Of a stretch of 64,000 nucleotides of DNA, positions 34,321 to 49,459 are shown in pieces. Position 1 is the first letter of the stretch. Each line of letters starts with the position of its first letter. Source of the stretch: the human T2T-CHM13v2.0 reference genome, Homo sapiens. The notes under the pieces were generated by a model. That model did not search any database. It was not told the origin of the DNA and saw only the letters and a program-made list of their open reading frames with translations. The translations under genes were made by a program, and so were the position numbers. The stretch lies in NCBI GenBank assembly GCA_009914755.4, contig CP068257.2, forward strand, positions 14,496,001-14,560,000. The letters run 5' to 3'.

Positions 34321-37300
34321 TTAGAATACATATATTTACAGTAAAGATGGCAAGGAAGCATATTAGTTGATGTATTTTAAGAATGGGACAGATCTACCAG
34401 AAAAAATTAGAAAGAACAAAAGTTAATTGAGGAATATAATCAATAAACTGGATTTTTTGGGTATGTATATATGTAACACATGTGTAATAATTTTACACAT
34501 ATGTAGAGAAAACTTCATACTCTCCAAATACTGCATATTCATCTTTTCTCTGTGTTCATAAAATATACATATTTATTGAAGAACAAAAAAATAAAAAAAC
34601 AAAGAAAGTATTAACATTTGAGTTGGCATTCCAACAACAAATCAGATTTTAAACATTCATTTTAATCAGAGAAAGCATTCTAGTTTACAGCATGTTTGGG
34701 AACAATTAACATGTATATAATGAGGAGTGGTCACAGATCACAGGAAGTGAGGCTGGAAAGGTGGCTGGGGCAAAATTGCCAAGACTTTTTAATTCCAGGT
34801 GAAGTGGTTTAAACTTCATGCTATGAATAGTTAAAACTCCATACTATAAATAATGGCATTTTGTGTGTCAAGAACAGAGTGAAATGACCCAGGTTTGTTT
34901 TTGTGACTCCTGATCCTTTTAGTGTGCCCAGCCTGTCCGGATTAAACTTTTAAAGAACTCATTGACCTATGCTCTAGCAATCTAATGGAGCCAGTCTTTA
35001 ACTTCTAAAGTAATGTACTTTCTGTTAGTAATTTATGATATTTAAACTATGGAACTGAACATATTGAGTAGGGCTTTTCAAATGGTACATCATCCTTCAA
35101 ATTTCTGAAAATTCTGTTGTCTTCCTTCTCTCCCTAGTCCCTCCCATCCCCTCATGCCTTTCTACCTCTGCATTTTTTAGGCTTGGAACATATTAAATGG
35201 ACGCAGGTGTTGTTCCCACTTTAACACAAACCTTAGAGGCACAAAATAATAACCAATTTTATAAACAAAAATAAAGAAAATAATAATACCAAGAGCCAGG
35301 AAACAATAACAATGCAATGTAAGCTCTCGATCCAGATGGCTGAGGTTCAAATCTTGGTTTTGCCACTGATTGGCTATGACCTTGACCAATTTACTTAAAC
35401 TCCCTGCAGCTAGATTTTGAGGAATAATGTTACCTTCTCTCCTAGCAATGTTGGAGGAATAAAAGAGTTAATAGAGATTATGGCCTGATGTATAGTAGGT
35501 GGTGCATAAATATAGTAGACGTCATTGTTGTTATCGTATAGCAGGGGAAGTTGGTATAATTTTTGTTTGTCCCTTATGTTGTTTTCTGACCTGGAAAGGA
35601 GTAACGCTGCTCCTTTTAGGAACAACCTTAGTCCTCACTTCATACATAAATCACATGTTCTTCTCTTTGCCAACACCTATATTTTGATAAGACTCAATAT
35701 CTGAAGCTAAAAACACATTCAAATCTCCTTATGTTACTACTTCTTGTTCTAACCAAACACCAACATTAGTACTTATTCTATTTTCTTGTCCTGTCTATTC
35801 ATACAATAGTGGCTTTTCTCTGTATCTGCTTTCTGCTTGTATATTGAGTCAAGGACTTTTTCCTCGAAGGCCTGTTTTGTGTGTAGCAGTTCAAGGACTA
35901 TCAAGTCAGTCCTTTATCTCAACATACTCCACAATTTGAAAAAATAAATCTCATTTTTATTAGTGTGATTTTATAATTTTTTTATAAGACTTTGTTAAAC
36001 TTTATGAATCTTCTCTAGATTTCTTTATGGTTTACATTTCCTTGTAACTTGTGAAGACCAGATGGAGGTTCAGTTAAGTTAGGGGGATTGGAGCATTGCT
36101 TAGAACATCAAGTCCCAGACTGGGCCAAGAGTTCTGAAAACAAGCTGGCTTTCTGCTTAACCAAATGAGTCATTTGGGAAGCCATTGCCTCCTTTGCTAA
36201 AGACACTTTCTTCATCATCAACTTTGATTGTGGTTTCTTTTCAGACCTATTTTGACTATAAAATAAATCTGAAAAATGCTTTAGACAGAATATCACTGCA
36301 AAATGTAAGCTATTCTTCACATTAGACTAAATTTAACAATGATCCTGAATTTAAAAACCAGAGTTAAAAATGACAAAAAAAACTGTGATGGATTTATTAT
36401 TGACATTACTGAATTGACATGGTCAGTTAGGATTAAAATATTATGAGTAATATGAATGTTACGTTATTTAAAATAAAGAGATATTAAGAGACTATTTGTT
36501 TTTATCATTTTATGAGAATAGCTAGTAGCTTCCCCTCTACCCCTTCTTCAATAAAACTAAGCAGTTCAGGACATCTTGTATTAATGCAAGAAAGTTAGAT
36601 TAATATTAATGATAATATAGTGTTTTCATGTTGTAGTTGTTCATCTGAACTGAGCCTTCAGTATTCTTTAATTTTACTCAGTGAAAATAAACTTTGTTTA
36701 TCTCAGCTCTTTAAAAATAAATGGCATTGCAGGATTGGGTAGAACCCTGGGCACTTTGTTTGGTCTTATATTACTCTGAATACCAAAATTATTTTTTTTC
36801 AAGCTAGTTAAATCATCATTTGAAACAGAGCTGCAAGACTAACATATGGACTACAGGAGAGTAATAGATGTGTCATATACCAAAAACAGAAAGATCCATT
36901 ACCCTAAATGTGAAATTGTGAGAGGGAAGGAGAATACACAAAGTAGGATGTCTGGAAGCCTTTTTTAGACTGTATTACCATCCATCTAGAAAAATGTTAT
37001 AGGTAAATAAAATATGTTCTTACTGAATAATAAGTATAATATGCGCAATTTATCCTCATTACAAAGAGATTTTATTGTGTGTGAAGAATTCCACAGAGAG
37101 CCATTACAGATCCATTATAGTGTTTTTAGTGATCTGCTCTACTTCCCAAACCGTGGTTGTTTTATGCAGTATCAGATGTATAATGTGCATTTCTATTTTT
37201 TTCCTGCTCCAAACTCGCTATGCTTACAAATAATTAGGCAGGAGGGGTTTTGTTGCCTTGTTGGCCACTTCTTAAAAGCATAGTATAATTTATTGGAACA

Positions 37301-37899
37301 AAATATAGTAATGCACTTTAAGGAAAGTTCTCTTATGTAAAAGCTCAATCTCAAATTGAATGAAGGGTAAATTTTTATTCGCAAGAATTGACACATTTCC
37401 AATAGGAAAGGCTTCATAGTTGCAGTATTTTATTATGATAATTGAATTTTATAAGAATAGCACCATTTACTTCTATGAAAATTTATTCTCCTTGTTCTGC
37501 TCCAGAGCTTTATTAGCTTCCCAGTATTTCCCCACTCTTCCACCTGGAATTCATGGGCCAGGCCCCAACTTACATTGTTACTTCTTTTATATATAATTAC
37601 TTTTGCACATAAGCATTTTCTTCCACTCAGCCTCCATCTTTTCAAGAATATGTGTGTTCCTTCACTTCTTGGATTCACGCTTTTACTTTCTCTACTTTTC
37701 CTACTGCTCCAATTTTTTTTCTTGTTCTAAAGGTCTTCAAAATTTTTCCCATCTCTATAACGCTATTTGTGGATGTGTGGGTCTTTTTCTTTCAAATAAG
37801 GTACACATCTGCTGTGCTGAACTGCTCATCTATCTGTAGAGCAGAAAGGGAGGGTACACCTGTTGAATGTCCAGAGTTCTCCATGGATTTTTCTAGGTC

Positions 37900-38010
37900 T
37901 TCTACGTTATGTACCTCATTTAATTCTCTTAACAACCAGGCAATGAAGAACTAGCATGCCTGTTTCATGGGCGAAAAAACTGAGGCTTAGTGAGTCCAAG
38001 CAGCTTCTCC
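37900..38010 (-). mobile_element. MIR SINE fragment (core region), antisense
   Basis: …TACCTCATTTAATTCTCTTAACAACCAGGCAATGAAGAACTAGCATGCCTGTTTCATGGGCGAAAAAACTGAGGCTTAGTGAGTCCAAGCAGCTTCTCCCAAG matches the reverse complement of the MIR core (…TCTCATTTAATCCTCACAACAACCCTGTGAGGTAGGTATTATTATCCCCATTTTACAGATGAGGAAACTGAGGCTCAGAGAGGTTAAGTGACTTGCCCAAGG). Confidence 0.6.
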
Positions 38011-41000
38011 CAAGTTTCTTTGGTAGAAAGCAAAAGAGGATAGATTCAAATCCGTCTTTTTCACCAAACCTGTGTTTGTTTGTTTTTTAGCTTTCCCTAT
38101 GTGTGTGTCTATTTCATTTTCCCATCTCCTGATGGCAAGGACTCTATCATGGGCAATTTTATCTTTTAGGTAGCCGTCACATATCTCAATTCTGCATTTA
38201 CCTCCTTGTGTAGCTCAGGTGCCACATTTTCCTTCACAGTGTTTTTCCGATTTTTACTTATTAAAATGATTTGCATATTCATAAGTAGAAATGGTATATT
38301 TTTCCTTGTTAGCAAAAAAAAAAAAGAAAAGAAAAGAAAATAGTCATGTGACTAATGAAAACTCTTTCAAGTTGGTCTATAGTTTCAAGTTGGTCAAGAA
38401 CATAAAAGAACATAAAAGAGTTTTTTATGTTTTCCAAGTTTGATTTCTATCAACTTTATATTCTGTGTGTGGTTGATAATATTTCTCAGTTTATACAGCT
38501 TTGTGTTCTCTTAAAGAATAATACCCACTTTTCATAGACTATTTAAATCTTCATTGGGAAAAAATATCAAAATTTATAAATTATATGAATATATTTAATT
38601 AGCACATGTGCCCCAAAACTATGTACATCTATTATACAGCAATTTTAAAATTTTAAATAAAAGGTAAATGTAAAAAAAGTACATGAACTTTGAACCAAAT
38701 TTAGACATGCTTAATAAAGCCTATGTTTATCACTTTGAATTTGGTATTATTTATTTATTATTATTATTTATTACTTTGAATTTGGTATTATTTAAAAAGG
38801 AATCCAGTTTTTAAAACTTTAAATGAAATAACATGTCTGAAGAGAGTTTCTAGATGCAGCTTACTCATCTATATAGGGAGCAAATTACAAATAAAGTCTT
38901 TAAAGAACCCATAAATGTTGAGATAACGTGGAATTACTGATAAGCAACTCAAAAGCTGCTCCTTAATATTGTTCACCTATTTATCACCTTATTCTAAGCC
39001 AAACTCCTAAACAACTGAAAAAGAAAGCTTAGATAATTGGATAATATTTCTTCACAAAGTCAGCTTAAATTTCTGTCTAAATGCATTATAATACATGAAG
39101 AAGGCTTTTAATATTACTTATGCTAAAGGAAAAAATATGCTGGTTCTTTTGTCAACCTTCTTTTGTACTAATTGTGTAAGTTTGAAGCGAGGGCTGTAGG
39201 AAATTAAAACAGAAAATAGAAGTCCTGATTGTGGGGCCTGTTGAATTTGCAGTGTAACACAGGAGATAAGGCATCAGTTTAAACAAACATAGACACACAC
39301 ATATAACATCTCAAGATCGCATAATACAGCCGCCAAGATGGGGTCACAGATGAGTTCAGTAAATAAAGAATGTCATGGACTAGTATGGTCAGAGAAATTG
39401 TTACCAAGGAGGTGCAATTTGAAAGGACACTTCAAAGAGGGGCAGGATTTTGTTAGTTGGAAAGCAGGTGACACAGCAATTTGGGCAGGAAGGAAATCAA
39501 GTTGCAGAAGTTGCTTAGGGAAAGTAGGTTTGAAGGAAACATCAGAACAACTAAAATAGAAGCTTTGCTCAAATAACAAAGTCTCGTTTTATTTTTATCT
39601 GTTTTTTTTTACTTTACCTCTATCAGTTTGTCACTCTTTTCAGGCTAGTACAAACTGTCATGTTTTAAAATCTCTGTACTTTTATTAGTTGTAGGATGTA
39701 AGCTTTGAAATAAGCTTTGCAACTGTGGAGATTAGTGTCCCATTCCTTTAAGGGTCTGGCCAACCTAGGGGATCCACAGATATTAGCTGCTAGGTGGTCG
39801 ATCACCTTGAAACACCATCCTGTTATGCTGTGTCCTAATAGCTTGAGAAGCTGAACCAGAAGTATGCAGTTCACTTCTACACATTCTGCAGCTCTTCCTG
39901 AACAACTTCATTTTTCATCTATTTCACGATGAACAGAAATATTCTCAGAAATTCTTTTTTTCTTTTAGCTACCAAGATTTGGGCCTGCTTTTTTATTGGT
40001 TATTTCGTGAGGGTAATGGGGCATTTGACCATTCTAATCCGCTTTTCTGAGAACCAGCACATTCTGAAAATTGTCTGAGCCCTCTCTCCTTTGACTATCA
40101 ATAAGGATCACTTTTAGATAAGTCGAAGAAGAGGCCAGACTGAAACAGGAACCTGTGAGGCTCCCTGTTGCATGTTTTTAATTCACACACCCACATGGCT
40201 ACATCCAACAGAGGTGACCTGAATTTTACTCCTTTGATGTTGCATACCATAAATTCCCATAGCAGGTTTGCAACAAAGGGGGTATTTTAAAGCTTTTTTC
40301 TAACATCGCCTTAGCAGATACTGACTGATCCTTTCCCAGGAACTGAGAGGGTCCCACCCATGCTCCTGATTTTAGAATCATAAACATCAGTAGGACCAAG
40401 ATGCTTTTAGAGGGATAAAGTGACTTTAATTTATCTTGGGTGGTCAAAACACAGCATGTGCAATATTTTTACAAACTATGATTCAGAAAGCACATAGTTC
40501 TAGAGCGTTTTGTTTTTTGTTATGTTGGTGTCACTGGAAACAGTTGTGCTTCCTGATGTCTTACTGAGATGGCCTTTTTGGTCATTTTGGGCCACTTTCC
40601 CAAGGATACTGCATGTTGCCTGACCTGTATTCCTGAGGAAATAAGGAGGACTTAGATTGATCTGTTTTGGACAGCGTACTTTCTCTAAGAATGGCGAAAG
40701 GAAAAACATCAGACTAGGATGCTCTCCAGAAATAATAACTGAGAATCTCATCCTGTTGTGTAAACTCTCCTTGTACTTTGCTCTGTGTGTGTTTGGTGGA
40801 AATATTATTTTTAAACAGCCATTTACTCTGAAAAAATATGATTTTGCATTAAATTAGTTTTAAAGTTAAGGGATATATATAAGACCTTTTTATTAACAAG
40901 TTGATGAGATGAGCATTAGTATACCTATAGGAAGTTTTTGAATGAGTGCCAATTCTGAATTTACAAATCAACATTTCTTCTCTCCAGCTTTCTTTAGCTT

Positions 41001-41806
41001 GCCCATGGTGATGTGAAGATGAGAAGAAATAGCAAGGCCCAACCAGTTCTTCATCTGGAGACAGTTCAACGTTCTGCAAACCAGGTAAAAATAATACAGA
41101 CGATTTTAGGAATGCATAGTCACTTTATAAAATAAACTATTTTCTTTCTCAAGTTTGATCTACAGATTTTTGCAGAAGCTATATTTATCATCTAATGTAT
41201 AACTTGTTAATAAACATGACATTGTATCAATTTCGATTATCTGTGAAGAGCAGAGTGACTAAAGCATGCATTTGTGCATTGACTCATTAATAAAGTTATA
41301 GTTGTAGTATAACTTACTTTTATAAAAATATTTTAAAGAAAAAAGAGGACATGTGGCTATTTGATTTGCTTGTTACAATTCTAAACAAAGTAAAGAGAGG
41401 TATGGGCTAAATAAATTTAATATTTCTTTAAAAAGTAACTTTTACCAAATGAATACATGTGCATATATTTAAAATTCAGGTAAATTTAAAGGCTAGTAAC
41501 TAAAGAAATAAACCTTTTGGCACAACTGCAGGAAAGGAACCACTTTCAAACTCTTTAATTTTTATTTTACTTTTGTGGTTTTAAATAACATCTATAAATC
41601 TATCTCAGGATTTTTAGAGTTAGTGCTCTAACAATTGATTTCTTGTTGCTATAGATGTGGATTTAAACTTCCTTAAGACCTCAAAATTCTTGATTCTCCC
41701 AATATAGCTATATCACTATTTTTATTGTTTTAATTTAAATCTGTATCTGAATTTATAGTTAGTAAGACTATACAAATAATGTTTACTGCTGAGACTGGTG
41801 ATGTGA

Positions 41807-42264
<458 letters not shown>

Positions 42265-43124
42265 TTTATTCTTCTTTTGCTCAGTTTCTCCCTCACCATC
42301 TCCCTATCTCCCTTCTCCCCTCCTTCCTTTTTCCCTCCCTTCCTCCTATTCTTCTTCTTTTTATTTTTTTTCTAGGTCTTCCCGAACCCTCCATTATCTT
42401 TATAAAATGCCTTTCTATTCAATTTTCTACAATGACAAGCTGGTCAAATAATCTAGAAAGGTCCCCTTCCCACTACCCTTGGAGAAATCTCTCCTGCTAC
42501 CCTGGCTCCTTCCAGATAAAAGTAGAAAGAGACAGGAGACTTTTATCTCCTTCCACTTTTACCTTCCACTTTTATCTCTAGTTGCGCTCGAAGGCTTCTT
42601 ATAAAGAGATGTCATTTAGGGTTTTGTTTTTGTTTTTATTTTGGCTGTCGCCCTAGTTTATTCTTCCATTTTATGATGTGGTAGGTGTTTTTTTTGTTGT
42701 TAGTTTTTGTTTTTGTTGTTGTTTTTTGTTTTTTTTCTAGAAATCATGTCCTCTTTTTACTTGGCTCTGCCAAAAAGCTTGATTTTACCCCAGTAAAACT
42801 GATGTTAAGTTTCTGGCCTCCAGAACTGTAACGGAAGAAATCTCAGTTGTTTTTAAGTCAGCAAGTTTGTGGGAATTTGTTATACAAGAAAGAAACACAA
42901 TTTGCATTAGAGTTTCTTTTTCTTCCTCATTCTTTGCAATGATTTTTGGAAGTAGAAAGTTATGGAAAGATTATTTATTTTACCTTCTTGAAATTGGAAT
43001 CCTTTAGTTATCTGATTTAAGATAGTTTTCTTTTTCTTTGCTATAAAGGTTATATCCACCTTCAGAACAATGATGCATTCTCAGTTGTGGAATTTTAATA
43101 GAGTCTTCATTCCTCTCCTCGTCT

Positions 43125-43312
43125 TAGTACATTATCTCCTGTCATATCATTCTCTCCTCTTCTCCCCTCCCCTCCCCTCCTGTACTCTCCCTGCCCTCCC
43201 TTCCTCTCCCTTTCCCTCCCCTCCACCCCCCTGCCCTCCTCTCCCCTCTCCTCCCCTCGTCTCCCTTCCTATCCCTTCCTCTTTTCTCCTTTTCCTTTCC
43301 CAGTAATCCAGC
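43125..43312. repeat. Polypyrimidine (CT-rich, CCCCT/CCTCT-like) low-complexity tract, ~190 bp
   Basis: …CATTCTCTCCTCTTCTCCCCTCCCCTCCCCTCCTGTACTCTCCCTGCCCTCCCTTCCTCTCCCTTTCCCTCCCCTCCACCCCCCTGCCCTCCTCTCCCCTCTCCTCCCCTCGTCTCCCTTCCTATCCCTTCCTCTTTTCTCCTTTTCCTTTCCC. Confidence 0.85.
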
Positions 43313-43506
43313 AGTTGCCTACTGAGTGCTAGACGTTGTGACAGGCTTTGGAAATACTGAAACCAATAAAGCAGTTTGATGCCTCCATGAGGTCACCATC
43401 TATTGGTATAGAGGAGGGACAAAAGTAACATTTGTTTCGTGCAAGACATAAAGCCAAAAGCAGAAATAAAATCAACAACTAAAATACTGTACTAAATACA
43501 AAATCA

Positions 43507-43880
<374 letters not shown>

Positions 43881-44184
43881 ATTAGATACATGAACAAAAT
43901 ATTGTGACCTCACATAACATTTAGCAAATCGCTCTGCTTGGCAGAGACTGGGATAATTTATTGAAGAGTGCTTGTGCAGCATCTTAGGAGATGAATTAGC
44001 ATTTTAGAAAGAACTAAATGGGAGAAAGGCATTTTATGGCAAGGAACTGGCTCTGTGGAAGGCACACACGTATTAAGGAGCACACGTTTCTTGAGCATGG
44101 CCAGATATTTAATGTGCCCAGAACATAGATTAAGAGTGGTAGGAGTGTGGGCTAATGAGACTATAAAGGTCAAATTATGATGAA

Positions 44185-44212
44185 TATTATTATTATTATT
44201 ATTATTATTTTT
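44185..44212. repeat. (ATT)n microsatellite (~9 repeats)
   Basis: GAATATTATTATTATTATTATTATTATTTTTG. Confidence 0.9.
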
Positions 44213-44886
44213 GCTGTGTTAAAAGTTTAGGTTTTTATTATTTTGGAAATGAGGGAAACTAAAGGTGTTGAGCAGAAAAATGGCATGTATTTTAGGAAGA
44301 AAATTCTGGCAGTATTTTGATTATTGAGCTGCTGGAGAGAGGCTGGAAAACCAGGGAAGGGGCTTTGTAAGAAACCAGGTGAGCAGTAGATGACAATTAC
44401 CTGAGTCAAAACAGTAGAGGCACTGGGACAAGATCAGAGAATGGAATCAAGAGATATTTCTGAAACCAAATTGGCAGAGGGATGAAATTTCTACCTTTTA
44501 GTGAAAGACAGTAAGTGCAATGCTAGCAGTCACAGAGAGCAACTGGATGCCAGGGGAGAGGGACTCAACTGGGTCTGGGCAGAAGCAGAGGAGGTGACAT
44601 CTAAGATAAGTCTTAAAAGAGAGAAGAAACAAGCTACATGAAAAAGAAGAGAAGCCAGAAAAAGGAGAGAAAGCAGATTGTGGCTGCAGGGCTCTCCAAA
44701 CACCAAAGACTCTCTAGTAAAAGGCATGGCCATGACAAACAGAGTGGCTGCTGGCTTTGCTTTAATTAGCATATAATTATTGGTGGAGAAAGTCTGGTGG
44801 GAGGTAAGGTGGGAAGGAACCAGTCACTGGAGACTTCTGGTTAATGTCCCCATCCTTTCTTTCCCTAAACATCACTCTTATCCTGT

Positions 44887-45056
44887 GTAGCTGGGACTAC
44901 AGGTGTGCACTATCACACCTTTGTAACTTTATTTTTTTGTAGAGATAGGATGTCACTATTGCCCAGGCTAGTCTTGAACTCCTGGGCTCAGGCAATCCTC
45001 TCTCCTCAGTGTCCCAAATTGCTGGTATTTCAGGTGTGAGCCACCGTGCCCAGCCC
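44887..45056 (-). mobile_element. Partial Alu (roughly one monomer plus linker; FLAM/truncated AluJ-like), antisense
   Basis: AGCTGGGACTACAGGTGTGCACTATCACACCTTTGTAACTTTATTTTTTTGTAGAGATAGGATGTCACTATTGCCCAGGCTAGTCTTGAACTCCTGGGCTCAGGCAATCCTCTCTCCTCAGTGTCCCAAATTGCTGGTATTTCAGGTGTGAGCCACCGTGCCCAGCC. The GAGACGGAGTCTCGCTCTGTCGCCCAGGCTGGAGTGCAGTGG half is absent. Confidence 0.8.
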
Positions 45057-47328
45057 CTTCTTAAATGTATACCAGTCTTTAGGCCTAAAACAATCTTTTA
45101 TCAACTGCTAAGACTTCCTTCTTTTAAAGATATGATCAGAGCTTTTGTCTTTCACAGCAGGCATCCTAGTTTCATGTTTTCTTGGGAAATTTGTATAGAT
45201 TCACTCTCACTACAAATGTTATTTTCAGCTGTTTTATAGATGTATAATGCACCATTTATTCATTCAGTACATATTTAGCAAGTAAAAGGGAACAACCAAG
45301 ATTCATTCTATGCCTTCTTTTGTTGGAATTCAAGCACACTAACAATGTGCTCTCTTGTTGGACAAGCATGAAAGAAAAAGATACCCTCCTTGTCAGGTCT
45401 TCATAGTTCTCTGTGCTTACAAGAATCCTGCAACATTTGACGATTTCTTCTCAAGCTTTCCTTCCTGAAAGGAAAAAGGGCAAGAAAAGAATAAACTTTG
45501 TAACATGTAATCTGTATAATATATTCCAAAATGCTTTAGCTCAGATATTTTGGATACCTTTCTGATCACATGCTATAGTTAGAATCAATTTTCTTTCTTA
45601 AAAGCTTGAAAGTTAATTAATTGAGCTATGACTTGGGGACAAAATGAAAACAATTCCCCCATCCAATTCAACAGAAAGTGGGATCTGTAAAAATAGCTCT
45701 TCTTGAAAATTTTAGAACTAGAATCATAGAACTTTATTTGCTTTTATATTCATTATCCTATAATATCCTCTTATAAATGGAAGTTTAGTTCTGATCATTT
45801 GGATATTAGCTCAGGGAGCTCAGGAAAGTAGTATGCTGCCTTTGATTAACTCTTCAGGATGCTCTAACTCAACAGGCAAAGTTTCAGTAACAGCATAGGC
45901 ACCCACAGTTTTAGGTACTAGTGATTTAGGGCCAGTTGTTTAAGAGTATTAACTCAAATTCGGCAGCCCTGCTCCTGAGAGGCTTGCCTTCTTTGCCAAC
46001 ATCCTCTGATTCAGAATATCCTAATCTAAAGCCTGAAGACAGTCATAAGGAGGTGAATACGATCTTTACATGTACTATATTTTATTTTTGTAGAAGTTCC
46101 AGAGATAGTATTTTACCCATATACAAATTAGTGTCTTGGTATGGTAAGGATTTTTGGCACCAAAATCTCTAAGGGGATTTTTAGAACTAAGGAGGGCTAA
46201 AGGGAAAGATAATTTGAATAGGTTGGCCTTTCCACACTCCTTGAGTTGTGGCATGTGACATGCTTTTCACTATCTGCTCAAGGAAGCCCTGGTTTATCTC
46301 AGAAACATTCTTGTATAAGTGCCAAATACAGTCTTGTTTCTTGTTCTTGACTCTGCCACTCCATGTGGCTGTAATATGCTGGAGCACATTTGCCTAATGC
46401 CTCCGGTATCTTTTCCTTGGTTAAAATTGTTATTAATTCCACACTATCTTCCTAGGTCTGTCTCTGGGGCCCAAGCAGATTTGGTCACCCAACAGCTAGA
46501 GCAACCACTTGACTGGGTGAACTCTATTGGCAATGAGGCATATGGGGGCCAGGCAGTATCATCCACGATAGATGAAAGACAATCTGGGTATCAGGACCCC
46601 AGTTAAGCCCAGGCCTCACACACAAACGATCCTCCCTTGAGGAGCTCAATAGTTGCCCCTCAAATAGTTTCCCATAGGATTAGACTTCAGCTTTGACCTG
46701 TCACTATTGTAGACATGCTACCTGTGCTTATGTTTCTTCCCAATTTGTGAGTTTTCTCCATTCTCTATTGTGTAAATGTCTCCATTTTTTTCTATCTGAA
46801 TCAAACTTGTGCTTTCCAACCACTCTAGCTTTCTCAACCTCCTTTACCATCATCGCCAGTCCAGTCAGACCATTTTCTATATTCTGCTCTAAAATCTCCA
46901 CTTACATTAATGTAGCAACACCAGTGAACACAAGAATCAATTATACATGTGCATTTCATAACACCCCTCCAGGAGCCATTCTTCCTCTTCCTTCCCAGCT
47001 CCCATTCTAATCATTTATTCATTTTTTAAAATTATGGGAGATCATCTAATATTCTCTCTCTCTCTCACCTTCATATTTACTTTCTTTATTTGTTTTAGTG
47101 GGTTTTTTTTTTTGTTGTTGTTGTTTTAACAAGAGCTTTGAAAGGCAACACCCAGGCAGTATGCTTTATAGATTTATCAAAACAAAACTTGTTGAACTGG
47201 GTGCTCTTGACCACCCTGCTCTCTGATTCTCAACATGAGATTTCACCTGCACATTCTGATACCTTGCTGAGCTTTCACTTTTCATTAATGACCTAATTGT
47301 ATAGTTTTCTCTGTGTTGGCATGCTTGT

Positions 47329-47505
47329 TCTCTTCCCTTTCCCTTTCTCCTTCCTTCCTCCTTTCCTTCTTTCCTTTCTTTCTTTCTTGCTTCCTTCCTT
47401 CCCTCCTTCCCTCCTTCCTTCTCTTTCTGCCTTTCTCTCTCCCTTTCTTTCTTTCTTCTTTTTCTTTCTTTCTTTTCTCTCTCTTTTTTTTTTAAAGCAA
47501 CCTCA
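47329..47505. repeat. Polypyrimidine (CTTT/CCTT)n-like tract, ~175 bp; (GAAA/GGAA) on the minus strand
   Basis: TTCTCTTCCCTTTCCCTTTCTCCTTCCTTCCTCCTTTCCTTCTTTCCTTTCTTTCTTTCTTGCTTCCTTCCTTCCCTCCTTCCCTCCTTCCTTCTCTTTCTGCCTTTCTCTCTCCCTTTCTTTCTTTCTTCTTTTTCTTTCTTTCTTTTCTCTCTCTTTTTTTTTT. Confidence 0.9.
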
Positions 47506-48973
47506 CTCAACTCCCAGTTGCTCACCCATTTGGCTACATGTATCCTCGGCTGCAGTAAGATACTTTCTTGCTTCCCAATCCTTTGGGATCTGTACAGATA
47601 GGGAGAGTCTCAGACATGAGTTATTTTAGATTGTCTGAGAAGATCTAATTAAGGGTCAAAGTAGTAGATGTTGTGGGAGGGCATTTGTCACTGGATGAGA
47701 TGACTGTCACCATATGCTCTCGAAGGAGAAAACAAAGGCTATAGACAGAGATGAACATGATTTTATAGATTTATTTTTAAAATCTTCCTGTGAATCTAAG
47801 CAACAGAGCAGAAGCAGTGAAATTGAAGGGAAGGGGGAAATTTCCATTCCTTAAAAAAGAAGAATCATTTCAAATTCTAACTAGATTTGGGAAAGTAAAA
47901 TATTTGAAAAAATTAAGGGCTTTAAGATGTGTGATAAAGAGAATGCTGAAATTAATGATACAGCAAAGTTGGAATGTCTGCCTCTCCTTTGTTTAATGTT
48001 TTTCTTTTATTAAAAAAGATACTTATAGGTTTTTTTAATTTAGAAAATATCAGAAAGTAAATCCAATATTCTACTATACAGAGATGATAGTTACTGTCAA
48101 CATTTTGATACCTGATCTTTTAACTATATTGAAAAATACTCGTCTTACAAAATTGGAATCATACATTATCTGCAGTTTGTTTCTTTCCCCCTGCTTTTGC
48201 TTACCTAAAGTTTACATCTCATGACTCTTGAAAATACCATTTTTAACCAATATCTAATATATCATAAGAATTGATATACTCTATTTTCAGTTTTCCTGGC
48301 AGTTATAAACAATTTTGTACAAAAATGGTGCACACATTACACATACCCCTATCTCACTAATGAATTTCTTACAAAAGGGCCCTCAAAGTATCACTGAGAA
48401 TCGTGCCCCATCTTAGAGCCTTTCACTGGTACGTCCCTCTCCACAAGTGCTTTTCTCCCATATATTACGTTAGACTCCCATATTACACTCAGATTATTGC
48501 TGAAATGTTACCACACCAGAAAGACATTTCCCTGAACCCGTATGTAAAATGTCGTATCTGCTGCCTCCGAAGTTATTTGTCTTATCCTGCGTTATTTTTG
48601 TCTTAACGTTCAGTAGTACTTAATATGTAATGTTTATTTGTCTACTTGTTATCTCTACCTCATAGAATCGAAGATAAACGAAGCAGAAATTTTGTTTTGT
48701 TAAATGCTTTATTCCTAGCATCTGAAACAGTGCCTGAGACATAGTACGTGATCAATAAATACTTATTTGTTCAACAAATAAATACATAAAAACAAAAAGT
48801 ACAAAACTTTTGGTACATATAAATAAGTTGCCTTCCAGAAAGCCTGTTTTAATTTGTATACTCATATGTAATGTATGACAATGCTCATTTTACAACAGAA
48901 TAACCCACTTTGAATATTAGTTTTTAAATGATAAAAAAATAAAAATGTACACTATATATCAATGTTGCTTCAG

Positions 48974-49284
48974 GTTTTTTTGTTTTGTTTTGTTTTTTGT
49001 TTTTTTTTTTGAGATGCAGTCTTGCACTGTCGCCTGGGCTGGAGTGCAGTGGGGCGATCTCGGCTCACTGCTACCTCTGCCTCTCGGGTTTAAGCAGTTC
49101 TCCTGCCCACAGCCTCTCAAGTAGCTGGGATTACAGGTGCCTGCCACCACGCCCAGCTAATTTTTTTGTATTTTTAGTAGAGACGGGTTTCACTATGTTG
49201 GCCAGGCTGGTCTCGATCTCCTGACCTTGTGATCTGCCCGCCTCGGCCTCCCAAAGTGCTGGGATTACAGGCATGAGCCACCGC
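48974..49284 (-). mobile_element. Alu SINE (AluS-like) with (TTTTG)n/poly-T tail
   Basis: TTTTTTGTTTTGTTTTGTTTTTTGTTTTTTTTTTTGAGATGCAGTCTTGCACTGTCGCCTGGGCTGGAGTGCAGTGGGGCGATCTCGGCTCACTGCTACCTCTGCCTCTCGGGTTTAAGCAGTTCTCC…CAAAGTGCTGGGATTACAGGCATGAGCCACCGC. Confidence 0.93.
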
Positions 49285-49459
49285 TCATCTCTTCCTCTTC
49301 TTTATCCATTCTTTTTAAATTAAAGTGTTTGCTCCTTTTTTTCCTTTAAAATAATGTGCAAGAGCTGTTATGCATTAATAATGTTGAAGTTATTCACATT
49401 TTTATAGACATGTTTCTCTCTTTCATAATATCATTTTTAAGTGATATCGTAATATCATT

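Noticed and set aside
38731-38795. 22-bp direct repeat ACTTTGAATTTGGTATTATTTA flanking a short (TTA)n run
   Set aside because: A single local duplication of ~40 bp, probably replication slippage. Too small and isolated to call a TSD-bounded insertion, since nothing recognisable lies between the copies.
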